From: Thermodesulfovibrionales bacterium
Lineage (GTDB): Bacteria; Nitrospirota; Thermodesulfovibrionia; Thermodesulfovibrionales; UBA6898
Reading direction: 5' to 3'
Length of the DNA: 50,559 nt
NCBI GenBank assembly: GCA_020056455.1
Contig: JAGVHR010000015.1
Coordinates: 1 to 50,559 of the forward strand
Shown one piece after another: positions 15,294-25,295 of this stretch. Each line of letters begins with the position of its first letter. Position 1 is the stretch's first letter. Under the pieces are notes generated by a model. It saw only the letters and a program-made list of their open reading frames with translations. It ran no database searches and had not been told where the DNA came from. The position numbers were made by a program, and so were the translations under genes.

Positions 15294-16860
15294 CCCCCTT
15301 CATGGACAGGATGACACTGACAGCCTCAGCGAGTCCCCCGACAACCACATCAGCATAGGCCGAAGCCTGGGCTTTGCCTGTCTTGACAAGTATACCCTTT
15401 GCGCCGACAGTTCTGGCAAGCACCATGTCATCTTCTTTATCACCAACAACAAAAGACTTTTTAAGATTGACCGCATACTCGTTACGGGCTCTAATGAGCA
15501 TGCCGGGCTCAGGTTTTCTACATGAGCAATGCTCCCCTGGATGGTGCGGACAGTGATAAAAATCTGAAAAACCATACTCGTCGATAAAAAACCGGTGCAA
15601 TTTCATCACAAATTCTTCCTGCACCAGGCCCCGCGCAATGCCTGACTGATTGGAAACACCTATCAGAGCAAAACCCTTTTCCCTGAGATCCGACAGGCTT
15701 TCAATGCCGGGCAATAACTCAAAATCCTCCATCCGGCTCAGATAGTGGGCATCCTTGCAGAGCGTGCCGTCGCGGTCGAAAAAAACAGCACAGTGTTTTT
15801 TTATCTGCCTGCCTACAGCTTCAAACACCTCTTCCGAACTGATGAGGTCCATGCATTTAAGATTATTTTTTTTGCACTCGCGCTGAAAACAGGGCGAGCA
15901 GGCAAGCTGCTTTCCAATTACAATATCTCCAGCGCCCAAAGGGCCGGTCTGCGCACGGGATGTAGAGCCAAATATTGCTACAACAGGAGTGCCGACAGCA
16001 CAGCCTATATGCATGGGGCCTGAATCATTAGTAACCAGCACGTCACATTCCGAAATAACGGCAATAGCGTCTCGCAGAGATGTGCTGCCGGCAAGGTTTA
16101 AAAAAGCATGAGGGCCGGTCAATAGAGGGTCCATGGCTTTAAAAATCTCATCTGCCATAACAGCCTCCCCCGGACCGCCCATAAGGACAACGCTTCCACC
16201 AAGCACCTGCTCTACTTTCCCGGCAACGTCAGCAAACCTGCTGGTCGGCCATCTTTTCGATGAGCCATAAGTCGCTCCAGGGTTCAGCGCAACAATAGGT
16301 CTCTTAAGCCCTTTCAGCATATCTCTTGCCTTAAGCCTCTCAGAAAGATCAAGAAATATCCACGGCACATCAGCCTCGCCTTCAAATCCGGCTTTCCTGA
16401 CGAGATTGAGATAATACTGGATATGATGAAGACTTCCTGCCTGATCATCAAAAGCAACTGGATCAGTAAGCAGCCATCCTCTGCCGTCCCGGCTATATCC
16501 GATGCGCCTCGGGATGGCCGCGAGAAATGAAAGCAGAGCTGCGTCAAAGGCGTTCTGGAAAAGCATGGCCATGCCGAACTTATGTTCTCTGAGCAGTCCG
16601 GCAAGCCTGAATTTGCCTGACAGCCCCTTGAATTCGCCGGAATAGGTAATGATCTCATCCACATCAGGGTCTCTCTCAAAAAGAGGCGCGACCCATGGTT
16701 TGACAAGCAGCGACAACCTTGTCCCTGGAAGAGATCTTTTCATGGCCCGCAGGGCAGGGATGGTCATAACGGCGTCACCTATCCAGTTGACCCCCCTGAC
16801 AAGCACAGACCTGTCCTCATCCGTAAATCTTTTATCGATGTTCGTTTGCACCCTCGCCAT
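15277..16860 (-). CDS. Fusion of GT9 heptosyltransferase II (WaaF-like) with D,D-heptose 1,7-bisphosphate phosphatase (GmhB)
   Basis: N-terminal GT9 motifs: VRGVNWIGDAVMTIPALRA and VTNDSGPMHIGCAVG. C-terminal HAD/GmhB motifs: FFDRDGTL, GVSNQSGIARG, the zinc motif CPHHP...CSCRKPEPGM, and VGDKEDDM. ATG at 16860 chosen; the ORF is open to the TTG at 16929. Confidence 0.8.
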   Translation of the reverse strand: MARVQTNIDKRFTDEDRSVLVRGVNWIGDAVMTIPALRAMKRSLPGTRLSLLVKPWVAPLFERDPDVDEIITYSGEFKGLSGKFRLAGLLREHKFGMAMLFQNAFDAALLSFLAAIPRRIGYSRDGRGWLLTDPVAFDDQAGSLHHIQYYLNLVRKAGFEGEADVPWIFLDLSERLKARDMLKGLKRPIVALNPGATYGSSKRWPTSRFADVAGKVEQVLGGSVVLMGGPGEAVMADEIFKAMDPLLTGPHAFLNLAGSTSLRDAIAVISECDVLVTNDSGPMHIGCAVGTPVVAIFGSTSRAQTGPLGAGDIVIGKQLACSPCFQRECKKNNLKCMDLISSEEVFEAVGRQIKKHCAVFFDRDGTLCKDAHYLSRMEDFELLPGIESLSDLREKGFALIGVSNQSGIARGLVQEEFVMKLHRFFIDEYGFSDFYHCPHHPGEHCSCRKPEPGMLIRARNEYAVNLKKSFVVGDKEDDMVLARTVGAKGILVKTGKAQASAYADVVVGGLAEAVSVILSMKGDEISA

Positions 16861-17071
16861 CGCCTTATTAATCAAACAGAGCTTCAAATTTTCGAGAGCC
16901 TTCGGAGGAAAATACAATATCCCGCGCAACGACCCAACAGCACGTCTATATTAATCAATTTTCTTCAGAGTAATCAAAGGACTGGTCCTTTGCTTGCCGT
17001 ACACTGCCGAAGCTGGTACTATTGAATGAACTGAACACATGAGGCTGACCAGCCTGAAAGGAAAACCAAAA

Positions 17072-17581
17072 ATGACAAAAACAATCTCAATGCTGTTTTT
17101 TATAGTGTTCTTTGCCGGCACAACTATGGCAGTTGAGCCGATGGCGCTTACAGAGGTCAAGCCTGGCCCTGACGAAACACATCATATAGAGGTAAAACCG
17201 GAATCAGCCGAGGGCTACCGCATCCCGTATATGGACGTATTTGTACTGATAGTCGATGAACAAACAAAAGATGAGGAGACGTTTGCGCTTCATCCCATGT
17301 TCAGCGGCAATTTTCATTACGGCGTCAATGTCTCATTGAAGCCTGGTAAATATCTTCTGAAGTTCAGGCTTGCGCCCCCCTCCTTTGTACGTGGTGAAAA
17401 CAGGAAGGCGCAGTGGCTTGAACGGATTGACGCTGAATTTCCATTTGACTCGTCCATAAAGTTTGAAAAGAGCATTAGGATAGGACAAACAAAGACCAAT
17501 GACATGAGAATTATCTTTGAAGCCGAACATGCAGAGCCGATGTTCGTCCCCGGGGGAGCAGGTCATGAACACCACCACTGA
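17072..17581 (+). CDS. Periplasmic P19/Tp34 (FtrA)-like metal-binding protein with a C-terminal His-rich tail
   Basis: Signal peptide MTKTISMLFFIVFFAGTTMA. Blocks HHIEVKP, GYRIPYMDVFVLI, LHPMFSGNFHYGVNV and GKYLLKFRLAPP parallel Campylobacter P19 (HLEADIHA, GFWMPYL, MPMVADDGPHYGANI). The tail is GHEHHH. Confidence 0.6.
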   Translation: MTKTISMLFFIVFFAGTTMAVEPMALTEVKPGPDETHHIEVKPESAEGYRIPYMDVFVLIVDEQTKDEETFALHPMFSGNFHYGVNVSLKPGKYLLKFRLAPPSFVRGENRKAQWLERIDAEFPFDSSIKFEKSIRIGQTKTNDMRIIFEAEHAEPMFVPGGAGHEHHH

Positions 17582-17672
17582 TAAGGCGCTGCCTCCATTC
17601 CGGCCTGACTCACAGCACTGCCTGTGAAACACGCCCTCCCAGCGGGTGATATAATTCTATCAGGTGATCAAA

Positions 17673-18545
17673 ATGTTCCGGACGAAGACAACTTTCATTA
17701 AACTGTTCCTCTGCCGGCTGACAGCCCTGATCGTTCTTATTTCAGCCTGCGCCGCAGACGCCCATGAGCCGCTTGTACTGCAGGTCCACCCCTATCTGCC
17801 CTCCACCGAGCTAATCGAGCGGTTCAGTCCTCTATCTGCATATCTCAGCCAAAGCCTGGGAAGGCAGGTTATTGTCAGAATATCAATCGATTACGAGCAG
17901 CACATAACCCTTATAGGAAAAGACAAGGTAGATATCGCTTTCATGGGGCCGGCTTCTTACGTGAAAATGGTTGACCTTTACAGCAGGAAACCGCTCCTGG
18001 GCCGCCTCGAAATAGACGGTAAGCCGACGTTCAGGGGCGCGATCATCGTGGCAAGGGAAAGCGGCCTGCGCACACTGTCCGAACTCAAAGGAAAACGCTT
18101 CGCCTTTGGTGACCCGAATTCGACGATGAGCCATCTTGTGCCGAGGTATATGCTGTGGAAAGCAGGGGTAGATATAAAGGATCTTGCAAGCCATACCTTT
18201 CTCCACAACCACCATAACGTAGCGCTCGGAGTGCTTGCAGGTAAATTCGACGCAGGCGCGGTAAAGAGCGAGGTCTTTATTGACTATGAGCAAAGGGGGT
18301 TGCGTGTGCTCGAATGGACTCCGGCGCTCTCGGAACACCTGTTTGTCACAAGCTCGACCCTCCCAAAAGAACTCGAACTCAAACTCAGAGACGCTATGGG
18401 CAGCCTTGGAAGAAGCGATGCCGGACGCCGTATCCTTAAAGGCTTGAATGAACACGCCTCAGGTCTGATTATGGTTGACGACAGTGATTACGACAACCTC
18501 AGGTCCATGCTCAGGACTTTAAAAACGCTCGGGGTAGACCCGTGA
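17673..18545 (+). CDS. PhnD-like periplasmic substrate-binding protein
   Basis: Signal peptide. Fold blocks typical of phosphonate/phosphate-type SBPs (DIAFMGPASY, RFAFGDPNSTMSHLVPR, FDAGAV). ATG at 17673 preceded by AGGTGA. Its stop overlaps the GTG start of the kinase (GTGA). Confidence 0.7.
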   Translation: MFRTKTTFIKLFLCRLTALIVLISACAADAHEPLVLQVHPYLPSTELIERFSPLSAYLSQSLGRQVIVRISIDYEQHITLIGKDKVDIAFMGPASYVKMVDLYSRKPLLGRLEIDGKPTFRGAIIVARESGLRTLSELKGKRFAFGDPNSTMSHLVPRYMLWKAGVDIKDLASHTFLHNHHNVALGVLAGKFDAGAVKSEVFIDYEQRGLRVLEWTPALSEHLFVTSSTLPKELELKLRDAMGSLGRSDAGRRILKGLNEHASGLIMVDDSDYDNLRSMLRTLKTLGVDP

Positions 18546-20668
18546 GGCTGCCGGAATTTCTTGGCTACAGGAGGGCCTTCCTGACCTTTATCGCCATTCT
18601 TCTTGTCTTCTTCGTCATAGTGGTCACAGTGATCAAGGCCCATGAAAAAGACATGCTCGACGAGGCGCATAAAAACGCAAGCCGTGAACTTGAGCTGATC
18701 AGTAATTTCGCAAGGGACGCCATACTCAGGGACGATTACGCTGCTATCGAAGAGTTTCTCAAGCGATGGGGGGATGAACACCAGGAGGTGGCTGAATTGA
18801 AGGCGGTCACGCCGAACAAATTCGTACTGGCTCATTTCAAAAGAGATATCTTTCATGACCACAGCCTGCTTTTCAGAATTACGGTTGAACACGACCAAAG
18901 GGAGCTTCTGACAATTGAGATGACCAAGGACCTTTCCTCTGTGGAGGACAGCCTTAACAGATTTATCGCAAGTCTGATCTGGGGCGCGGTCTTTCTGCTT
19001 ATTATCCTCGGCGGCTCCTTATGGTATACGCTCAGAAGATATGCGCTGCTGCCGCTGGAAAGGGAAATCTTCATAAGAACGGAGGCTGAAAAAAAATTCC
19101 GCAAGCTCCTCGAATCAGCTCCGGACCCTATGGTCTATGTTGACCGGGCAGGCAGGATCGTGCTCGTGAATGAGCAGACTGAAAAGCTGTTCGGGTATTC
19201 TCAAAGCGAACTTGAGGGCAGAGAGATAGAAATATTTATTCCCGAGCGCTTTCGTGAAAAACATCGTGATGAGCGGGCCGCATATGTCCTGAATCCGGTG
19301 GCCCGGCCTATCGGCGCCGGCATCGACCTGTACGGCCTCTCCAGAGACGGCAGGGAGTTCCCTGTTGATATCAGCCTTAGCCCGATTGAAACAAGCGAGG
19401 GTCTGTTTGTAATGGCCGACATCAGGGATATCAGCGAACGCAAGCGCGCTGAGGAAGAAATCAAAAGGGGATATTATTTTCAGACCACCATAAACGAGCT
19501 CCTGAGAATTTCCCTCGAACATATATCGCTTGAAGAGCAGATGGACAGGATACTCGATACTATTCTTTCACTGCCATTCCTCTCAGAACAAGCCATGGGC
19601 TGCATCTATCTCGTTGAGAATGAGCCGGCCGTGCTCGTCATGAAGGTGCAGCGAGGTCTTCCGGTATCTGTTCTGTCGGCATGCGCAAAGGTCACCTTCG
19701 GCGAGTGCCTTTGCGGCATATCAGCCTCAACCCGCGAGGTCATCTACGAAGACTCGACTCAGCAGGCCAAAGAATTTCATGACATGGTTCCCCATGCTCA
19801 CTACTGCGTACCCATCATGTCAGGAGGCGCTATCCTCGGAGTAATGAATCTCTATGTTGAAGAGAACCACAGACGCTTGCCTGAGGAGGAGAACCTTCTT
19901 ATCTCTGTGGCAAAAACACTGGCCGGAATCATAGAGAGAAAAAAAGCTGAGCAGGAAAGGGAGAGGCTCAGGGAGCAGCTTAATCTGGCAGAAAAACTCT
20001 CAGCGCTCGGACGGCTTACAGCAAATGTCGCTCATGAGATACGCAACCCCCTGACATCCATTGGAGGCTATGCAAGGAGATTTCAGAAGAAACTGCAGGG
20101 TGATTCGGAAGAAAAGGAATATGCCGGGATCATAATCTCCGAGGTTACAAGACTTGAAAAGATCCTCAAGAGCGTACTTACGTTTTCGAGGGATGCTGCC
20201 CTTAAGCGCAGACCTGAAGAGGTCAACTCAATCATCGCTGAATCCCTGGCCTTGTTTGAGCTGCTTTGCAGGGAGAAACGGATCATAATCGAAAAGACAT
20301 TGGGCAAGATCCCACTGGTCCTGGTCGACAAGGACAGGATACGCGAAGCGCTGCTGAACCTGCTGTCAAATGCCATAGACTCCATGCCGAAGGGAGGCAC
20401 TCTTACAGTAATCTCAAAGGAAGAGATCATACACAATACACCTTTTATAAGCGTCCAGGTAACGGACACAGGGGAAGGTATCCCTGAAGACAAACAAAGA
20501 ATGATCTTTGAGCCCTTCTTCACAACAAAGAACTTCGATCAGGGCACCGGGCTCGGCCTTGCGATCTGCAAGAAGATTGTTGAAGACCATGGGGGGTCCA
20601 TTGGGGTAAGCAGCAGCAAGGGAAGAGGCACAACGTTCAGCTTTTCACTACCGCTCAGTCAGGAATAA
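18542..20668 (+). CDS. Membrane sensor histidine kinase (2 TM - PAS - GAF - HisKA - HATPase_c)
   Basis: Two hydrophobic helices flank a loop of about 110 aa. PAS (PMVYVDRAGRIVLVNE). GAF-like region. H-box (ANVAHEIRNPL). N/G boxes (LLSNAIDS, DTGEGI, GTGLGL). Confidence 0.85.
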   Translation: MRLPEFLGYRRAFLTFIAILLVFFVIVVTVIKAHEKDMLDEAHKNASRELELISNFARDAILRDDYAAIEEFLKRWGDEHQEVAELKAVTPNKFVLAHFKRDIFHDHSLLFRITVEHDQRELLTIEMTKDLSSVEDSLNRFIASLIWGAVFLLIILGGSLWYTLRRYALLPLEREIFIRTEAEKKFRKLLESAPDPMVYVDRAGRIVLVNEQTEKLFGYSQSELEGREIEIFIPERFREKHRDERAAYVLNPVARPIGAGIDLYGLSRDGREFPVDISLSPIETSEGLFVMADIRDISERKRAEEEIKRGYYFQTTINELLRISLEHISLEEQMDRILDTILSLPFLSEQAMGCIYLVENEPAVLVMKVQRGLPVSVLSACAKVTFGECLCGISASTREVIYEDSTQQAKEFHDMVPHAHYCVPIMSGGAILGVMNLYVEENHRRLPEEENLLISVAKTLAGIIERKKAEQERERLREQLNLAEKLSALGRLTANVAHEIRNPLTSIGGYARRFQKKLQGDSEEKEYAGIIISEVTRLEKILKSVLTFSRDAALKRRPEEVNSIIAESLALFELLCREKRIIIEKTLGKIPLVLVDKDRIREALLNLLSNAIDSMPKGGTLTVISKEEIIHNTPFISVQVTDTGEGIPEDKQRMIFEPFFTTKNFDQGTGLGLAICKKIVEDHGGSIGVSSSKGRGTTFSFSLPLSQE

Positions 20669-20675
20669 TCCGAAT

Positions 20676-20701
20676 AAAAGGGCGGAAGATTCCGCCCTTT
20701 T
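20676..20701. terminator. Bidirectional intrinsic terminator between convergent genes
   Basis: AAAAGGGCGGAAGATTCCGCCCTTTT: a GC-rich stem (GGGCGG/CCGCCC) flanked by an A-run and a T-run. Confidence 0.75.
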
Positions 20702-20723
20702 ATCAAACTGTAGCTTATGCCGA

Positions 20724-22538
20724 CTAATTTCCCGCGAAATTCAGCCCTCCAATATGCGCCCCGCTAATTGTAACAGTCCGGTTCAGCGGAGTAAACACAA
20801 GGCCAAGCTGAGTGGGTGTAATGGTAACGGTGCTGCCGTCAGAAATACCTCTGAAGATATAGTGACCTGTAATATCTGTGACCGTCGCAGCCGTCGTATC
20901 TCCGGAAAGGTCTACAGCAACTCCTGAAATAGGATCGCCTGTGCCTGTCCTGACAAACCCGGCAACCGTCCATCCCAGCCTTGTGAAGTTCTGTCCGATC
21001 ACATTGCCATCGACTATGGTTACGGCCTTGTTTAGAGGGTCGAATCTGAAGCCGTTCATGGACGGGGTTACAGTATAATTCCCTGCTGTCAAACCAGTGA
21101 AAGTGTAAATGCCGTCCGCTCCGGTCAGCGCCACTCCGGATGCCGCTCCGCTGAGCGTCACAGTAGCGCCTTCAACCGGCAAACTTCCAAGTTCAGACTG
21201 CAGTCTGATCACTCCCCTGATCAAATATGACGCAATATTTACAGGCTCAGTATCACTGCCGCCCGAGGATGATTCAACAGTTACAAAAGCAGGCGGAACA
21301 GCAACACCTGAGGCGATCAATACCCCGCCCGTGAGGTCCCCGAATCCCGTTGCCGTAAGTGTAGGCAGTGTCGCAGCATTGTCGCCAGAGGATGCCTCGA
21401 TTGTCAGCGTCTGGGCTGCCACGTTGTACTCGGCCTTCTTAATCGTCACCACATCGACCAGTGAGCTGTTGATTGTGGTCAGTGAACTACCGGTCGCCCT
21501 TGCTGTAACAGTAACGATCGGTGGAAGGGTTGATGCATCAGGGCGATGAATGCGTCTGAAGAAATTGCCTGCTCCGTCTCCTGTCAGAAGCAGTGATCCG
21601 ACCTGGAGATTAGGTCCACCGCTTACTCTGAGTACCGCATTCGGCAACGATGTTGCAAAAATGTCAACATCACCTGCCAGCGTACGTACAAAAGATGTTC
21701 GGGTCACGGTAAGAGGCGTGGGCAAAACACCGTTGAACCTTCTTCCCATAAGATTAAATTGATCGGTCTCTATCGAGTCAACCCCAAGCCCTCCGATGTT
21801 AGGTCCGTCAACGCGGAATACATTACCAAAAGGGCCGCCCGTAACTGCCGTAGGAAAGTTCGGGTCCGCAACATAAAACTTCCCGCTCCCCGGGAACAGC
21901 TCTACAAACGGTAATGGCGGTCCGCCTGCAGTAGCTGAGGCCCTCAGGAAGGGGCCGATGCTGCTGTTTAGAGCGCCGCTAAAATCACCAGGAGCGCCGA
22001 TACCGATATCTTCAGTATAATTGATAGTGCGCGTACCTCCAGCCTCTACAAAAAAGGTGCGCACGCCATAAGGAGTGGTGACTGTGAATAAACCGTCTGA
22101 CGGGGCATCAATGCGAAGGCGCATCCTGCCAAAGGTGATCTGATCACCGGGCAGAGGTGGCCCTAAATTAAAGGCTGCTTCCAGCGCAAGGACCAGGTCA
22201 GCCGAGCCGCCTAAAGGCAGGACAATACTCGTATCAGCAGCCCACCAGAAGGCTTCATCAGGAAAGTTGGCAGGAAATGAAATGCTGGTGGCAGGATCAG
22301 GCACGTCAGCAGGAAGCAATAAACAGGCCCCTGCGGCCAGCTCATCAAAATTAGGTATGCATAACTCGAAGGCAAGCGCATTCGAATCCTGATACCAGAC
22401 AGGAAAGCCATTATTGGGGTTAATTGGTCCTACGGCATTCAGGGCCGCCCCCGACAATGAGGCAGCAAATAAAACAACCATAACTGTTAAAAGAGTCGCT
22501 ATTACACGATAACGTCTTTTGTCCGTTGATACACGCAT
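20724..22538 (-). CDS. Secreted protein: unassigned N-terminal region of about 400 aa plus two carboxypeptidase-regulatory-like beta-sandwich domains
   Basis: Signal peptide (VIATLLTVMVVLFAASLSGAA). Two C-terminal repeats with the pattern G..V.L.G.....T...G.Y.F.GL..G.Y.V.P. GGAG RBS 7 nt before the ATG. Confidence 0.6.
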   Translation of the reverse strand: MRVSTDKRRYRVIATLLTVMVVLFAASLSGAALNAVGPINPNNGFPVWYQDSNALAFELCIPNFDELAAGACLLLPADVPDPATSISFPANFPDEAFWWAADTSIVLPLGGSADLVLALEAAFNLGPPLPGDQITFGRMRLRIDAPSDGLFTVTTPYGVRTFFVEAGGTRTINYTEDIGIGAPGDFSGALNSSIGPFLRASATAGGPPLPFVELFPGSGKFYVADPNFPTAVTGGPFGNVFRVDGPNIGGLGVDSIETDQFNLMGRRFNGVLPTPLTVTRTSFVRTLAGDVDIFATSLPNAVLRVSGGPNLQVGSLLLTGDGAGNFFRRIHRPDASTLPPIVTVTARATGSSLTTINSSLVDVVTIKKAEYNVAAQTLTIEASSGDNAATLPTLTATGFGDLTGGVLIASGVAVPPAFVTVESSSGGSDTEPVNIASYLIRGVIRLQSELGSLPVEGATVTLSGAASGVALTGADGIYTFTGLTAGNYTVTPSMNGFRFDPLNKAVTIVDGNVIGQNFTRLGWTVAGFVRTGTGDPISGVAVDLSGDTTAATVTDITGHYIFRGISDGSTVTITPTQLGLVFTPLNRTVTISGAHIGGLNFAGN

Positions 22539-22788
22539 GGTAATCTCCTTTCATCCCTAAGGGATCTTAAGTTGTATTACCTATCTTATACTCTTTGGAA
22601 ATAAAGTCTGTCGGTCTCATAACAGCAGGCCTGTAGGAAGATCAGCATCAGTCACGTAGGCTTAATCCCACAATAAGCGGCAAACCAAATGTGAACTGAA
22701 TGGAGTTGAACTGCGCGCGAAAAAAATAGAAAACTCTATAAAAGAGCTGTCAAGGCAGGCTGTCTGATAAAAAATTCAGGGAGTGAAA

Positions 22789-24087
22789 TCAGCCCTGTTC
22801 CCTGCCTTCAACCCTGATTAAGACAGCTTTTCCTGCAACGATCTTCAGCTTATTGATCTCCTTCATGGCGGTCACGACATCCTTTTCGCGCGCGCGGTGA
22901 GTAAGGACAACCAGAGGAACTGCCTTGCCTGCAAGCCGCTCCTTCTGAATTACTGAAGCTATGCTGATATTATGCTTGCCGAGAATACCGGAGATCCTGG
23001 AGAGAACACCCGGCTTGTCAATCGCGGAAAATCTGAAATAATACATGGATACGACATCGTCCATCTTCATAAGCGGCATCGGGTTGATTGCCCCTGGCAT
23101 GGCAGGGATCCGGCCTACTGAATTGTTCGCTATATTCAGTGCAATGTCGGCAATATCGCTCACTACCGCGCTTCCGGTAGGCAAAGCGCCGGCACCCCTT
23201 CCATAATAGAGCGTGGAACCAACAGCATCGCCCTCAACGTAGACCGCATTGAAGACTCCATCGACCTTTGAGATCAGGAAATCCTGCGGGACCATGGTCG
23301 GGTGTACCCTTAATTCTATCCTGCCGTTCGTTTCCTTTGTAATACCGAGCAGTTTGATAGTGTACCCAAGTTCCTCCGCCAGGTCGATATCCATGGGAGA
23401 TATCCAGGAAATACCTTCACGGTGAACATCCCTGAGCGTAAACTGAACGCCAAACGCAATTGAGGCAAGAATCGCGAGCTTGTGAGCTGAATCAACGCCC
23501 TCAATATCATATGTAGGGTCTGCCTCCGCATAGCCAAGTCTCTGGGCCTCCTTCAGCACATCAGAAAACTCCGCCTTCTCTGTAGTCATCTTGCTCAGGA
23601 TGTAGTTTGTCGTGCCGTTTATAATGCCGTAGACCGCCTTGATCCTGTTTGCAACAAGCCCTTCCCTCAGGACCTTGATAATCGGGATGCCGCCTGCCAC
23701 TGACGCCTCAAAACCGACTTCAACCCCGGCCTTCTCAGCAGCCCTGAATATCTCAATGCCATGCACTGCAAGCAGGGCCTTGTTTGCAGTCACAACATGC
23801 TTGCCGCTCCGGATCGCCCGAAGGACCACATCTTTAGCGATGGTTGTCCCGCCGATCAGCTCAACAACAATATGGATGTCAGGGTCAGAAAAAATATCCT
23901 CTGCCCTGGTAGTGAGCACACCTTTGGGAATCCGGATGCCCCGGTCCCTCCTGATATCAAGATCAGCTATCCGTTTCAGATTGATATCAACCCCTGTCCT
24001 CTGCTTCAGGAGGCCCCTGTTTTTAAGCAGGATGGTCGCTGTGCCTGTCCCGACTGTTCCGAAACCGATTATCCCTACGTTTATCAT
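22789..24087 (-). CDS. hom: Homoserine dehydrogenase with C-terminal ACT domain
   Basis: NAD-binding [11 protein letters not shown]. Catalytic region blocks. ACT-like tail ([12 protein letters not shown]). Confidence 0.9.
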   Translation of the reverse strand: MINVGIIGFGTVGTGTATILLKNRGLLKQRTGVDINLKRIADLDIRRDRGIRIPKGVLTTRAEDIFSDPDIHIVVELIGGTTIAKDVVLRAIRSGKHVVTANKALLAVHGIEIFRAAEKAGVEVGFEASVAGGIPIIKVLREGLVANRIKAVYGIINGTTNYILSKMTTEKAEFSDVLKEAQRLGYAEADPTYDIEGVDSAHKLAILASIAFGVQFTLRDVHREGISWISPMDIDLAEELGYTIKLLGITKETNGRIELRVHPTMVPQDFLISKVDGVFNAVYVEGDAVGSTLYYGRGAGALPTGSAVVSDIADIALNIANNSVGRIPAMPGAINPMPLMKMDDVVSMYYFRFSAIDKPGVLSRISGILGKHNISIASVIQKERLAGKAVPLVVLTHRAREKDVVTAMKEINKLKIVAGKAVLIRVEGREQG

Positions 24088-25259
24088 ATATTCAGCACCT
24101 TCTTTATCCCTTTCGTTGCCTGCCTTATCCTGTGCTCGTTCTCCACGAGGGCGAATCTGACGTAGTTGTCGCCGCCCTCCCCAAACCCTATGCCCGGAGA
24201 TACTGCAACCCCGGCCTCCCGGATAAGCAGCTTGCAGAACTCAAGCGAACCCATCTTTCTGAAGGCTTCCGGTATCTCTGCCCATGCGAACATGGTCGCC
24301 TTTGGCGGGTCTATAATCCACCCGGCCTGTTTAAGTCCCTTTACAAGTACGTTTCTGCGCCTCTCACACGCCAGTCTGATATCCTCAACGCAGCCCTGGT
24401 CCCCCCTGAGGGCAATAACGCTTGCAATCTGTATGGGATTGAACATGCCGTAGTCGAGATAACTCTTGATCTTTATCAGAGCTCCAACCACTTCTCTGTT
24501 GCCGACGCAGAACCCTACCCTCCAGCCTGCCATGTTATAACTTTTGGTAAGAGAAAAAAACTCAACGCCCACATCCTTTGCTCCTGGGACTTCAAGAAAA
24601 CTCGGCGCCTTATAGCCGTCAAAGGTAAGATCAGCATAAGCAAAGTCATGTATGACCATTATGTTATTGTCCCTGGCAAAGTCAACCACCTTTTTAAAAA
24701 AGGAGAGCCCATCAACGACCTGAGTAGTCGGGTTGTGCGGGAAATTTAAAATAAGCATCTTGGGTCTCGGCCAGGTGGTCTTATACACTTTCTCCATCTC
24801 TGCAAAAAAATCGATGCCTGTGCCGATCGGAATCTGCCTGACCTCGCCGCCGGCAATGATCACGCTGTACGGATGAATCGGATAGGCAGGAGTAGGCGTC
24901 ATGACTACGTCACCAGGTATCACAGTGGCAAGCACGAGATGCGAGAGTCCCTCCTTGGACCCGATGGTTACACAGGCTTCGCACTCAGGATCGATTGACA
25001 CATCGTAGCGCCTTTTATACCATTCGCTGATTGCAACTCTCAGATTGGATATCCCCCTGGATGCTGAATAGCGATGGTTCTTTGGTTTTCTCGACGCCTC
25101 CACAAGTTTTTCAATAATATGCTTTGGGGTCGGGCCATCGGGGTTCCCCATACCAAGGTCGATGATATCTTCACCCTTCTGCCTTGCCTCCATCTTGAGG
25201 TTGTTGACTATGGCAAAGACATATGGCGGCAGCCTCTTGATCCTGTTGAATTCGAACAT
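24084..25259 (-). CDS. Class I/II PLP-dependent aminotransferase (AlaC / aspartate aminotransferase-like)
   Basis: [11 protein letters not shown], the PLP lysine context [15 protein letters not shown], and a 4-nt overlap with hom. Confidence 0.85.
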   Translation of the reverse strand: MFEFNRIKRLPPYVFAIVNNLKMEARQKGEDIIDLGMGNPDGPTPKHIIEKLVEASRKPKNHRYSASRGISNLRVAISEWYKRRYDVSIDPECEACVTIGSKEGLSHLVLATVIPGDVVMTPTPAYPIHPYSVIIAGGEVRQIPIGTGIDFFAEMEKVYKTTWPRPKMLILNFPHNPTTQVVDGLSFFKKVVDFARDNNIMVIHDFAYADLTFDGYKAPSFLEVPGAKDVGVEFFSLTKSYNMAGWRVGFCVGNREVVGALIKIKSYLDYGMFNPIQIASVIALRGDQGCVEDIRLACERRRNVLVKGLKQAGWIIDPPKATMFAWAEIPEAFRKMGSLEFCKLLIREAGVAVSPGIGFGEGGDNYVRFALVENEHRIRQATKGIKKVLNI

Positions 25260-25295
25260 CTCTCCTCCTTACGCCGGCTTCAACCAGGCACTCAA

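Noticed and set aside
16861-16929. TTG-initiated 23-codon N-terminal extension of the WaaF-GmhB gene, and likewise the TTG extension of yicC at 49819-49878
   Set aside because: Homologues start close to the conserved N-terminal motifs (VRGVNWIGD, SMTGFG) and in-frame ATG codons are available. The yicC TTG does have a GGGAG 2 nt upstream, so this choice is not certain.
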